A stretch of 63,551 bases of DNA, counting the filler, from Collodictyon triciliatum (taxonomy: Eukaryota), in the NCBI GenBank assembly GCA_043381765.1. It is 13 parts of 13 records of this genome, joined end to end, with 100 filler letters (N's around TTAATTAATTAA, not from the genome) between each part and the next. Parts side by side here need not be neighbours in the genome. Positions count along the whole stretch, not along the records: positions 39,160 to 43,948 come from JBHJMP010005756.1; positions 44,049 to 48,882 come from JBHJMP010005757.1; positions 48,983 to 53,770 come from JBHJMP010005758.1; 10 more parts are not named here. One strand, written 5' to 3'. Within the stretch, counting starts at the first letter, position 1; each line of letters opens with the position of its first letter. Below, piece after piece: positions 39,444 through 50,870 of this stretch. A program made the translations under genes and the position numbers. The notes beneath the pieces were generated by a model that worked only from the letters and a program-made list of their open reading frames with translations, did not search any database and was not told where the DNA came from.

Positions 39444-42400
39444 TTCAGATATGCTCTCAGAGTCATGTCCATATAATTCCTTTGAAAGACATAATGCCTT
39501 GCCTAGTTTGCATAGAAATGATTCGAGGACATCTCGAATTATGCTTAGACATGAAATTTGGATTCCTGTCGTGGGTCATAACAACGAATAAATTAAAAGT
39601 AAAAGTAAATATATTTGTAATTTAGTTATTTTTTTCTTTTTTGACCTTAAAATTTAAATGCAATCATTATTTCCTGTGGCACAAGTTCTGCAATTATCAA
39701 TTATTCATCCCAAAAAAAAAGTACGAAATGTCACCAGTGAATCCATTATGCATCAACAAAGCAGTAATCGAACGGTTAAGATATTCGCGAGCAATCTCTT
39801 GGTCAACCTCCGTTTCTGATGCCACAAGTTGCCCCAAGATGTTTGCTGCCTGGGAGAAGCTGTCGGCCTTTGATTTAATTGTAATCATAAGAGAAAAACA
39901 ATAAAAATTCCAATATTTTGTCTTCTACATGTTGCATAATTTTCATTCAATAAATCTACATTCAAATTAGAATGCTTTTTTTTTTGTTTTGGATATCGTA
40001 TGATGAAAAATAGCAATATGTTAATAACATACATTTTCTTCGACAGGGTCTGCTATCTTCTTGATGGCAGAAATTAATTGGATATTTGCAGGAATGTAAC
40101 TTGAATCTGTGAATGCGCGAAGTCTATTTATGTATTGATGTGTCAATTTTTTCCAGGGAGAAATATAACAGTGGCAACAAATAAAAGTAATGAAGATGAG
40201 AGTGTTCATGTATATATGTTGTATGAAATAACTGATTTTTTTATTTACAAAAAAAATTTTTTTTAATGAGACAGGCAAGAAAAAAAATGAAACGATATTT
40301 AAAAATGAGTACTGGCTGCAAATAACATTACGTGACAATGTTTGCGTTGGGCTTTGTGGCTATAGGTAGCGCGGGGACAGTTGATGAAATTGACTCAAGT
40401 TCTGGGAAAAAGTGCGATTGATTTGGATGGTCATGGGTCTCTGTTCGCAGTTTCTTCGTCAAATAATTTATCATCTCGTTTGTCTCACGGTAGATATAGA
40501 TAGTTTCCCCTGGTGCCTTCGCACAGCGTTTTTTACGCAATATCTATGGAATATTGTCTGATTGAATAGAAGGCAGGATATTAAGTGGAAAATAAAGCTT
40601 AAAAAAATCGAAACTCTTTTGTCTTTTTGACTTATATCAAACCATCGAATTGATGTGTGTTTCACGATTCTTGGTTTTCCAAGCCATAATTTGTGTGTCG
40701 TTGTAGGTCATACATCTTTCATCGCCAGCATGAAGTGGATTTCCATCCTCCTATATTCATTCAAAAAATATTATGATAAAAATAATTATAATAATAAATA
40801 AATAAATAAAAATAGAAAAGATGCAGCAACTACTAAAGTTACAATAAAATGTGGTAAGAAAATTAACCAAGTCATCAAAAACATCTGTTGAGACTGATGA
40901 ATGGTTTGGATTATGATGAACGGCGGCATTATCCTGTATCACACTATCACTAATATTTCCCCCGAATAACGCATCCATGAAGCCATTGGATTGAATTAAA
41001 GGATCTGAAACAGAGTAAGCATTAGGAATCGAATGTACCCTAAAAATGGTGTGTTCAGCAATAAACTAAAGACTGATAGAACTTCTGAGATGGTGTAGAA
41101 AAAAAGTTTACCCGCCTGGGGCGTACTTTCTTGGGTTAGACAAGACGTTTCATCGAGAATGACTTGGTACCGCTGAATGAGTAAACCAGAGTCATCTTCG
41201 GGCGCAAGATTCACAGACACAAGGTCTATATACCGGCTGGTAATAACTGATTGCAGGTCGATTTCAAACTGTGTCCGCTCGAAATACCTGCAAGGATAAT
41301 ATTCGAAGTGACGTATTTTGCTAAAGCAAGGAAAGATAGTTCCTTCTTTTCCATCTTTCTTTTTTTATATAAAAATTTTAAGACATCTCGCATTTTTCAT
41401 ATTGAAGATATGATTCATAATTACTGTTTTTAAAATAATTATTATCATTTCGGCCTTTTTATTTGCGGTCAGTGAACGGAAAAAAAAAAAAAAGAAGAAA
41501 GAATATTACTCGCATGATTGAAGCTTTCTCTCGATGAAGCTAAACAGTTTTGCAGTTGGAAATGATTCTTCGTTCATGACAACCTTTTCCAAACAAAAAA
41601 AAAAGCCATTTAGAACCCTGTATGTTACAATATTTGAAATTGATTCAAAACAATATAATAGAAAATAACTGCGGTATAATGATTATTATCAGGACACGTA
41701 TTTGGATGTAAACATTATGATTGAATGGAGGAGCAAACATTTGTATCAGTGTTTTGTTTGAGGTCTTGGATAATTTTGTCCATCGCCTCGTACATCTGAT
41801 ATAGAGACTGAGGTAATGCCGCCTGACGAAAAAATTATACTTATATGAGCTAAAAGATACTTCAGTTGATATTTTTATAAACAACATTGAAATTTTTCTT
41901 CATTTACTCGTTGAATTTCAAGTCATACTGAGGTTTAAAAAATATCTAATTATCTGAAGGGGAAAATGACTACAAGTTGTAAATGAGGAATATTTGCGAC
42001 CAAAATCTATCGAATATACTTAAATACAAACCCATTCTTCGCGAGGTTTTGTCAAATTATATGAATCTGAATATATCGATGAATTGTTCTCCGCTGAATG
42101 ATTGAGCGAAAATTGAGGTTGTTGAGAAGTAATGTCATATTCTCTCAAGAATGAAAGTGCTTCGTGAGACTCTGGCAACTTGGTCAACCCCTGAATTAAA
42201 GAAAGGTTAATGTAAAATAGTCATCGTTCATCGAATCGCAGAAGACCATTAAATTTTGAAATTGATTTTTCGGAGATATTTGGATCCAAATCTATTTCTT
42301 ATCGTTTAGTTTTAATGATATTAATCCTAGAGTGTTACACTAGAGTCCAAAAGCTCAATAATACCGCTCATTGCATTCTATTCAAGGAAAATGGTGCAGT

Positions 42401-43578
42401 TAATAGGAATCGTTTACAAATAGTATAATTTTGTGAAGGCTTAGCCTTTTGTTGAATTTCTACTTTATCGATAGTTCTTCATTGCAGTATGTTTTAAATA
42501 TCAAATACAAACTTTGCTGCCATCTGATTTGGTAACATATGGAGTTCTTGGTTTCATTCTCTGTATAAAAAAAAAACATCGAACAAGTCAATAGATAGGG
42601 GGGGGCACTTAAATTACAATTGGAATTCAAATTACTGTAAAATTGGAACCACATCGTTCGTAGTCGGCATAGTTTTCAGCCTCATGCTCCAGAGTGTAGA
42701 ACATGTCATCATCAGGTTGTCTATTCAAATCTATATTTTCTTTATTTTAAAAATAAAACTTACCATCACCATGCAAGAAGTCAACATGATATTTTAAAAG
42801 GTGGTGAGTATATTCCTTCATTTTCTTGTATATCGATACATAAAACAAAAGGGGGAATATTAAAAAGAAATTAAAAAAACTATCGCTTCCTTTGTAACAT
42901 TAAACAGAGTGTAAATAAATGAAAGTATTAGCGGCCATGCGATTAAAGAACCTTCCATTACATCTCCATGATATGAAAGGGACTGTATGTTTGATAGTGG
43001 CTCATTCCTTTCATTCTGACGCATTATTTCTGAGATCATCTGCTCCGATATCCATGTCAGTTTCATCGAGTTGCAAATCATGAACTGGATGGCATCAAAA
43101 AGGATAGACCTAATCTTAAAATGAAGCAGGTCCTATGGTAGCATTAAGCCTATCAGTCCTGCTGTGGATTTACTAATGGAATGCACAAAACAATCCTGGG
43201 AGACCTTCGCGTGAATCTGAAGTGGCCCGAAAGTGTCTTCGACAGAAGGAGTCTCGCTAGGGGTCATAAAATGAAGCCAGCTTTCGAAGCAGCTAAGCTC
43301 CTGTCTGAGTTGTTGAAGAGATTCTTCGTCCAGCCGAGCACCCCAAAACTCTCTTGAATCCAAGAAGCGAGCGAGGCGATAGAAGAACGCGATATCTGAA
43401 GGGCTTTGTTGTGCATTCGTTATGTCCGAGTTCGATATAAGGTACGTACGAGTGTTGAGTTTAGCTTCGTTTTAGACTCTGGTGAAGTAAAGCGTTGGTG
43501 TTCGAGACAGCGAAGTTTGCTATGAAGACTAAATAACATATACGGTAAAAAGGGGTGTGTACCTTCCTTCGGGGACAT
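39444..43578 (-). CDS. SPT7: SAGA complex subunit Spt7-like (N-terminal conserved block, degenerate bromodomain, histone-fold BTP domain); 3'-partial
   Basis: MSPKE|DIAFFYRLARFLDSREFWG...SWLHFM...LQIHAK|VYPFD; LYQMYEAMDKIIQDLK; DTQIMAWKTK...IYRETNEM; FFPEL; AREYLNRSITALLMHNGFT|GIQISCLSIIRDVLESFLCKLGKAL (histone fold). Motif order matches fungal and plant Spt7 as I recall them. Confidence 0.8.
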
Positions 43579-43692
43579 CTTCGCTGCGGCCTCGCGAGAA
43601 GTCCTCCCAACCAGTAAACAACAGATCGTCCAGTTCTTCACTCATACTGTCTTCGCGGTTGGATTAGCAAGCTTTTATATTTAGGAAGGGCG

Positions 43693-43704
43693 ATGGCAAC
43701 AAAG
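43693..43704 (+). CDS. Possible first coding exon (MATK) of a divergently transcribed gene
   Basis: ATGGCAACAAAG followed by a gtgcga donor, 114 bp from the Spt7 ATG. Confidence 0.3.
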
Positions 43705-43845
43705 GTGCGAAGTACTATACGCTTGGGCTTTACAAGATCGCAACCATATCCCACAACTTGCACAGAGTTTCGTTTCTGCTTCTTAGATTCTGAAAGGCGG
43801 ATACTCGCAGCAGATTTTGTAAAAATAAAAATAAAAATTCACACA

Positions 43846-43948
43846 TATACATACATACATACATACATACATACATACATACATACATACATACATACAT
43901 ACATACATACATACATACATACATACATACATACATACATACATACAT
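43846..43948. repeat. (TACA)n microsatellite
   Basis: Directly visible. Confidence 0.95.
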
Positions 43949-44048
43949 NNNNNNNNNNNNNNNNNNNNNNNNNNNNNNNNNNNNNNNNNNNNTTAATTAA
44001 TTAANNNNNNNNNNNNNNNNNNNNNNNNNNNNNNNNNNNNNNNNNNNN

Positions 44049-44338
44049 AGGAGCAAGAGCAAACAGCACAAGTCGAATCCAAGCTTGGAACTTCACACAC
44101 TAAAGACAGTCCGAGCAAGCAGGAGCGTATGTTTCTAAAACCACAAACGCGTAATCATACTCCAGTTAAGCAAAGTCTACTGCCGGCTACCCACGATTCC
44201 GAAACCAGGGGACGGTCAAGCGCCACTACCGATAATTCCAGACAAACAACGATGTATCGCTTTTTGTCTGAATCTCCCAGCAAGAAACGCAAGGAAAGTG
44301 ACCCGTTGTCCCCTCAAAAGACTCATCCAGTGGAATGA
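44049..44338 (+). CDS. 3' end of a nuclear protein with C-terminal PIP-box-like motif and NLS
   Basis: Frame ends ...SRQTTMYRFLSESPSKKRKESDPLSPQKTHPVE*. Confidence 0.5.
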
Positions 44339-45792
44339 AATAGGATGTAAACCTTGTCTGAGATAGGCGGTTGAAAGGACTTATTGGAATCGACTTGATA
44401 AGTAACTGCCATGTATGTACTTTCATCGACCCGACAACTCTATCCGCCATTCTGTCAGTCTCGAATACAACCTGAAACCGTGTTGGAGCTGAATCACAAT
44501 TCGGGTAGAATAGACTGTGTGTGAGAACACTTTCTCTCCTTTCTTTTTCTTTTCCTCTCCACCCAAAACACAAAACCTCCAACCAAACAATCCAGGGTTT
44601 TCTACTGTCTTGTCCACAGCTCATTTCTTGTCCTAGAGGCGAAGGCGGTTTCCTCGGCTTTGTTTTCTCTCAATAAACTGTTGAAAAGAAGCAATAAAGT
44701 AAGTCCCCACAGGACTAGTGATAGAAAACTTTTGGTTTTTTTAGACAAGGTTAGATTAGATTCAGAGCATTCACATGGCTGCATCCTTTCGCTTTGTTGT
44801 GAAGCGTCTCAATCTCGGTAGAAAATTCTGCATATTATAGTTATGAGGGATTAAGCTGATGTGGTTCCTTAAGATGTGTTTTACAATGGTTTTAGATAAT
44901 GAACGAGTCGTGTAAATCCACGCCTTGGTATGGGCACCTCATAAAGAGTGCTTGATAGTTAATTTTTTTGTGGGTTGGACTTTATTCGGGCTCTGATGGT
45001 GTGTCAAGTATGATGTTATGAATTTTTGAAGAGATGGGTAGAGGTCTTTATTTTCTCTTTTTTTATTTTTTTATTCTAAAAATCTTACCTGTTGAGCCCG
45101 TCTTAACAATCTTCCATTCAACAATCAGGCAAGTAGTTCCAAAGTAGGTGGAGATATGTGGGAGGTGGAGTAGAATCAGGGATTTTTTCCCCTTTACATG
45201 GTTCGAAGTACAGCGAGGTTGTGCCACACAAAAAGGCGAGACAGGTGCGCATGGGAGAGAGCAAACGTGAGTAGGGGAAGACACTACCGTGGAGAGGGTA
45301 GCACTGGAAAGAAATCAGTGATAGCGAGTTGGTCAGGTGGGCGGCCCCACTGGTTGATTGGTTGCGTGGGTAGCAGGGGTTGGATATGCTGTGGGAGATA
45401 TCGCACGACACATTCCCACATCTCCGCTTGCAGTCAGAGTAGCGAAGAATGCGAGCGTGTTTCAGCAGGCTGTTCAAGAAGCTGTATTGCACGATGCTTT
45501 CAAGCCCGCATAACATGATATGTATCTATCTCTTAAAGTTCTACAGAGCAACTCGAGTATTTCCAAGACTGACACCAACTGAAAGGGAATATAATAATCA
45601 TAATAATAATAAAGTTCTATATAGCACAAGATAAATAGAGTAGCCTTTTGATTTCTTTATTCCGTTGTGTATTTGATTATCATGCAGGAGATTGGGGAAA
45701 AGGGCTCAAGAAAAGACTATGCAAACTCCAAACACCTGGGAATAAAACAACGGGAAATGCAGGTGCAGAATGCTACCTATGCAGAGTTGGGC

Positions 45793-47519
45793 TCAACAGC
45801 GTTTGGCCTCCTCGATAAGATTAAGGGCAGCTCGGATTTGAAATCTTTTTAAATTGAAGGGGCTAGATAACAAGTCTTCCTCGGTCAGCTGGACAAATTC
45901 CTCTCCAACCAACCCTACCTTTCGTACGGCATCGATAAACCTTGGGTGAGGATTCCTGCTCTGTAAATAATGTACGAGCTCTGCATCACTCATAAGCTCG
46001 ACGGGATTAGCCCGGAAACTGGGACAACAACGGGGTTACTGATGATACGCTTGATTTCGGCCTCCACTTGTTGAGAAGTGATGCGAGTCTTTTAATTTCT
46101 CTCCCAGCACTTGTGGATCAGAGCAGCAAGGTTAGGAGGGCATTTTTTTTTTTATTCTTCCTTTCAACTTTTGTGCAGGACCGAGGGGGGGGGGGGGGGG
46201 GTGTTGGCTTTGGTTCGCTAGCCATCGTTTGTATGGGCGCTACTTGTCGGTGGAGAAGTAGTCGGTACTCAGGATTGCATCCTGCGGTTTGGCCTGTGGC
46301 CTGGGTGTTACAAAGGGGTGTCTGGGGGACATGGGGGGTTTCCAAGAAGGGCAGACGTGGAATAGAGGGGGGACAATTCTGTGGGGTATGTTTTTGTGGG
46401 TCGAAGCTCGGCGTAGATATGGCATCTCATTCCTCTCTCATGGAAGCACTCTTCTGGTGACGTCATTTTCTTCGAAAGTTGTGGGGTGTGCTCCGTTGTC
46501 CGGCGAAGCACACCCCGACTGCCCTGGATTGGGTATAACTGAGGGCACAGGAGGAGGGCTCAGGGAATGCGTGATACAGGGCCGGAATCACACACACCGC
46601 GCACCCTGTGGGGTTCGAACCACGTTCGCGCAGGTCAGACGCTGTCCCATGCCAGCTGGACTACAACGTCTGCCCCTAAGGTTAGGAGGGCATATTGCTG
46701 GAAAGCAAGTAATTAACCGCTCACGATTCTTGCACAAACCTCCCTATCAGTCATACCCTCGTACGGATACTCGCCGCTCACCATGGACCAGAGGACCACG
46801 CCGTACGAGTAGACGTCGCTGGGCAGCCCCATGCTCTTGCCGATCTCGAAGGCCTCGGGAGGCGACCAGTTCTTCGGGCGGGTAAACCAGCTCATCGAGT
46901 CGACCGAGACGCCGCTCTTTGCAAGGCTGATGCCGGTCAGCTTGGCGATGCCGTTGACAAGGAGGACGTTCTCGGTCTTAATGTCACGGTGCTGGATGGG
47001 CCTTGGCCGCGTGTGCAGGTAGGCGAGGCCGCGGATGATGTCCAGTCCGTACCTGAGAGTCAGATCGGTTCCGAGTGCTCCTTGCTTCTCGATGAGTGAG
47101 CAGAGCTCCCCGCCGTCCGCAAACTCCATGACATAGAGCAGGTCTTTGCCGCGATACCCAAAGTCGTAGAGTCTTAAAATGTTTGGGTGTTGCAGATCGA
47201 GCATCATGTTGCCCTCCTTCTCGGGGTCTGAACCGTCGACAAGGGCGTGTATCTGCGCGTTCGCCACAAGCTTCACGGCGAAGAGGCCTGCTCTCAGCTG
47301 TGCCTTGAAGACCAGCCCGAAGCCGCCCTTGCCCAGGATGTTCTCCCGCTTCTCAAAGTCCGTGTCCAGCAGGTCGGCGTACTTGCCACGGGCCAGACGG
47401 CTTGTTGCTGAGGGGTTTTATAAAAAAAAAATGCTATTGAGAGGAACTCTGATACAAAAAAAGCTGCAGACACAATCTGCAGAGAAAGGTGTTGGACACT
47501 GTGTCTCGGTACCTGACAT
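45793..47519 (-). pseudogene. Degenerate protein kinase (TKL/STE-like) locus with a second kinase C-lobe remnant and a C-terminal SAM-like domain
   Basis: MS|ATSRL...LGKGGFGLVFK...FAVK...HRDIKTENVLL, but KLTGISLAK replaces KLxDFGLAK. TAA at 46713-46715 precedes subdomain XI, which continues in a shifted frame (PAICPPNL...QRLTCANV). Second remnant KCPPNLAALIHKCWERN*KTR near 46040-46146. SAM-like LVGEEFVQLTEEDL at 45793-45993. Confidence 0.65.
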
Positions 47520-48982
47520 CCTTGCTGTCTCAGAGTCCAGTCTGTGTTGCTTTGTCGGTTCTGCCTGTCTGACCTCGTTCGTCTCTATTCTCTATCTGCT
47601 CGGTGATGAAAAAAAAGTTGGTTCGATGCTGCGTTTATACCCGAAACGAAGATAAAGCCCAAAAAATTACAATAGAAAGGAACCCTTCGAAAATCCAAAC
47701 AATCCATTTCGTTGTGTTTTTGAAGACGGAGAATGTGCACCTTTGTTAAAGAGACGTTCCCTGTTGTATGATTGTTCAATTAGTCGAAAATAGTTTTCTT
47801 GCGTAACACCACGAAAGTATTTATCGATTTCATATGTCGCCTAACATTAATAATTTTTTCTTTTTCATTAAGAGTCTTTCTTCGCAGCGACCAAAATAAA
47901 AACAAAAAACCTCAAAAACACAAAATAGCTGACACGCGAGACGATAAAGAATTGTCTATTTGAAGATACTGCTTGTTTTACTTCGTGCACGACCTGTTGG
48001 TGCGGTCATAAACATGCCGGACGCTCCGAAGACTGGTTTTAAGCCACTCAGCTACTCTGCGCTTTGGCTGGAAAACATGTATTCTCGACAGATCTCTGCC
48101 TCTCAGAAGCGTTTATTTTTTTCATTTCATTTCATTTCTATTTTTTGTATGCTAGATTAACTGCAGACAAGTGGAGGCTTTGTTGAGTCACGAAAATAAA
48201 ACCGGATTATGAAATATAACCCAATACCAGTCTCAGGGCAAAATGAGAGTAAAAAACGAACTCGTGCTTTTCCCATTTTTTCTAACAACCCTGAGAACTC
48301 TATCCTTTTCGCATCTATCGCGCCTTTTTTTTTTCTGTGTTTAGGGGACTCCACTTAGTGAGTTAGATAGTTCGACATGTTGCGAGCGAAAGTCCAATAG
48401 CTGTATCCTCTTTGATGCACTGCAGCCTGCTCATTGCGAGAAAAAGAGGAAAAGCGCATAAAAAGCGATGTGCACATTAATTACCACTTTTGAATCACCG
48501 ATTATCTAGCAGAATCAATATCAGTCGCGTTGAGTATTATATGGAGCAGCCGAAGTTAGGGAAGAGACTCACGTGTATATCGAACTTCAAAGTTTCATGT
48601 CATATCTACTCGCGCTTTCATACAAGCTACCACTTCATCGAGCGTAGCTGTGTTTAAAGTGAAAAGTGTCATATTCCTAGTTAAAACTTTATTTGAACGC
48701 AGAAGACGAAGACACAAAATGTCATATTGAAATTGTTAGGGAATGAAGACCTTGCTAACTCTCTTGCGTTGCTTTGTTTTCAAGTAGGGAATGCTTTCAA
48801 CCGAAAACAAAGAACCAACACTATACCAATCATATGCTCTGCTTCTCTTTGGGGCTGTTGTATCGCTCTGGGCGTCTCAGAGNNNNNNNNNNNNNNNNNN
48901 NNNNNNNNNNNNNNNNNNNNNNNNNNTTAATTAATTAANNNNNNNNNNNNNNNNNNNNNNNNNNNNNNNNNNNNNNNNNNNN

Positions 48983-49075
48983 ACCCCCACATAAAACCCC
49001 CACATAAAACCCCCACATAAAACCCCCACATAAAACCCCCACATAAAACCCCCACATAAAACCCCTACATAAAAT
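48983..49075. repeat. 13-bp tandem repeat (CCCCCACATAAAA)n
   Basis: Directly visible at segment start. Confidence 0.93.
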
Positions 49076-49097
49076 ACATGAACCCATACATCTCAGC

Positions 49098-50586
49098 ATG
49101 CCGAAGAACAAACAGAAGCAAATGCCTATCCCAGCAACAATAGCGCCAAAGGGCGAATCTTTGGAACTTTTGGAGAAAAGTGGATGCCGCTTCGAGTCAA
49201 AGGATGGGACTCTTATCAATTGTACGCAATTGGTTCTGTCAACCACATATACTCTCGGATGTATCTCTGGATTTTCCTTACTGACAGGCCTTAGGAAACT
49301 TTACGTATGTAACCAACTAAACCAATCCATCTCCGACGCCTTTTGGTGTCTGCACAATCTCAAGGAGCTTCATATAGGGGATAACAACCTTGTTGTAATT
49401 CCAGGCTCCATGTGGTTCTTGGAAGGCCTTCAAGTATTAAGCATAGCAAAGAACCATATCACCATTCTGCCTGATGATATATCACATCTGACGAACTTGA
49501 AGGAAGTACGCGTCAAGGAAAATCTTATATCGTCGGTTCCATCTAATATTTCCACACTGATAAAATTGAAGGAGCTTTATTTGGATAGAAACAAGATAAC
49601 AAGATTGCCTTCAAAAATAAGGTTTCTGACAAATTTGAAAGAACTGAGTCTGTCTGGAAATAAACTCACTAGCTTGCCACAAGATTTGTCATTATTGACC
49701 AATATTAAGCTACTGGATATAAGCGGTAATGGAATATCCCGATTACCGATTTGTTTATCGAAACTGATAAACCTAGAAAGACTAGGGCTCTATGATGTTC
49801 CTGTGAGTATGTCTAAATTAAATGTTATCACATTTACGAGTTTTGATCGTTAATTTAAGCAGAATATCTTTCCAAAATATTGAAAATACATACCCGATGG
49901 ACAAGAATGGTTCAGAACTAATAACTTGGTACATAGATAGAGTCACTTCCCATGTGGATAGCATGTCTTCAAAAGTTTTCATCCATAAGATCAGATTTAG
50001 AGGGGCACGTTCTTATCAAAAGAGCACCAACAACGATATCAAATCTGCCATGCTGGAGAAACTCTTATTTTGAGAGTGTAGAATTATATGATGAAATTCT
50101 TGCTGCTAGTAGCCTTAAAGATGTGTCCTCTTTGACATCATCATGGATTCATATAACATCCTTGGACTTGTCTTCAAATTTTGTAAGCCCTCGTTGATCT
50201 ATCGATGTGTCTATCTCCGAGCTTTTTTTCTTGGAATACAAATCGTAAAATACCATTCGATTCCTTTGACAGATATCATTCCTTCCTGATTCCATGTCAC
50301 GTATCACAAAGCTGGTTTATCTGAACCTCGAAAACAACCAGGCGAGTAAATTAGCTTTGAATTTTGTGAGGGATTGGAGCCTACCTAATACTAACATACT
50401 AAAATTGTCCTAGTTCAAGGCGCTGCCCGACTGTGTGCTTTTTATGAGAGAATTGGAAAGGCTGGACATATCAGGAAACCAGGTAGAATACCGTGTACAT
50501 GTGGAATTTATTTAGGATATATTGGAGCTTTTCTAGCGCTCACTATTTTGTCATAGATTACCACGCTGGAGCTTGACGTTTTTTGA
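49098..50586 (+). CDS. Leucine-rich-repeat protein A; exons 49098-49802, 49937-50182, 50273-50341, 50414-50482, 50557-50586
   Basis: 23-aa LxxLxLxxNxIxxLPxxIxxL repeats; all introns phase 0; one GC donor at 50342. Confidence 0.88.
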
Positions 50587-50870
50587 CAAAAAGATCACTT
50601 CAAAAATTTATGCTAAATAATAAGCACTAGAAATCTAAAATAAACTCTCAAAATAAGGCTGTAAAAGGAGATATTTGATACATTCAATTCTTGTCAGTTA
50701 ATACGATTGCAAAGATGTCAACTGTTAAAGACAAGAGCGATTAATATGATCAAAAAATAAAATTATGAATTTACCATACAAAAAGCTTAAGTCATAGTGA
50801 GTGTATATGACTCCGTTTGTATATTCTTTGCTAAATTACAAACTGATTTAATAGTTACCTTCGTATAAAA

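Noticed and set aside
45063-45520. GC-richer island with overlapping short ORFs, and possible decayed exons at 48350-48650, as mobile-element remnants
   Set aside because: No transposase or reverse-transcriptase motifs, terminal repeats or target-site duplications that I could recognise.
46092-46715. TAA reassigned to Gln (two in-frame TAAs in the kinase locus)
   Set aside because: FABP, MDH and the DEAD-box gene end in TAA at their expected C-termini, and long conserved exons contain no internal TAA or TAG. Nonsense mutation in a decaying gene is simpler.
48983-49075. 13-bp C-rich repeat as a telomere
   Set aside because: Short, degenerates inward, occurs at only one contig end, and resembles the other minisatellites that break contigs here.
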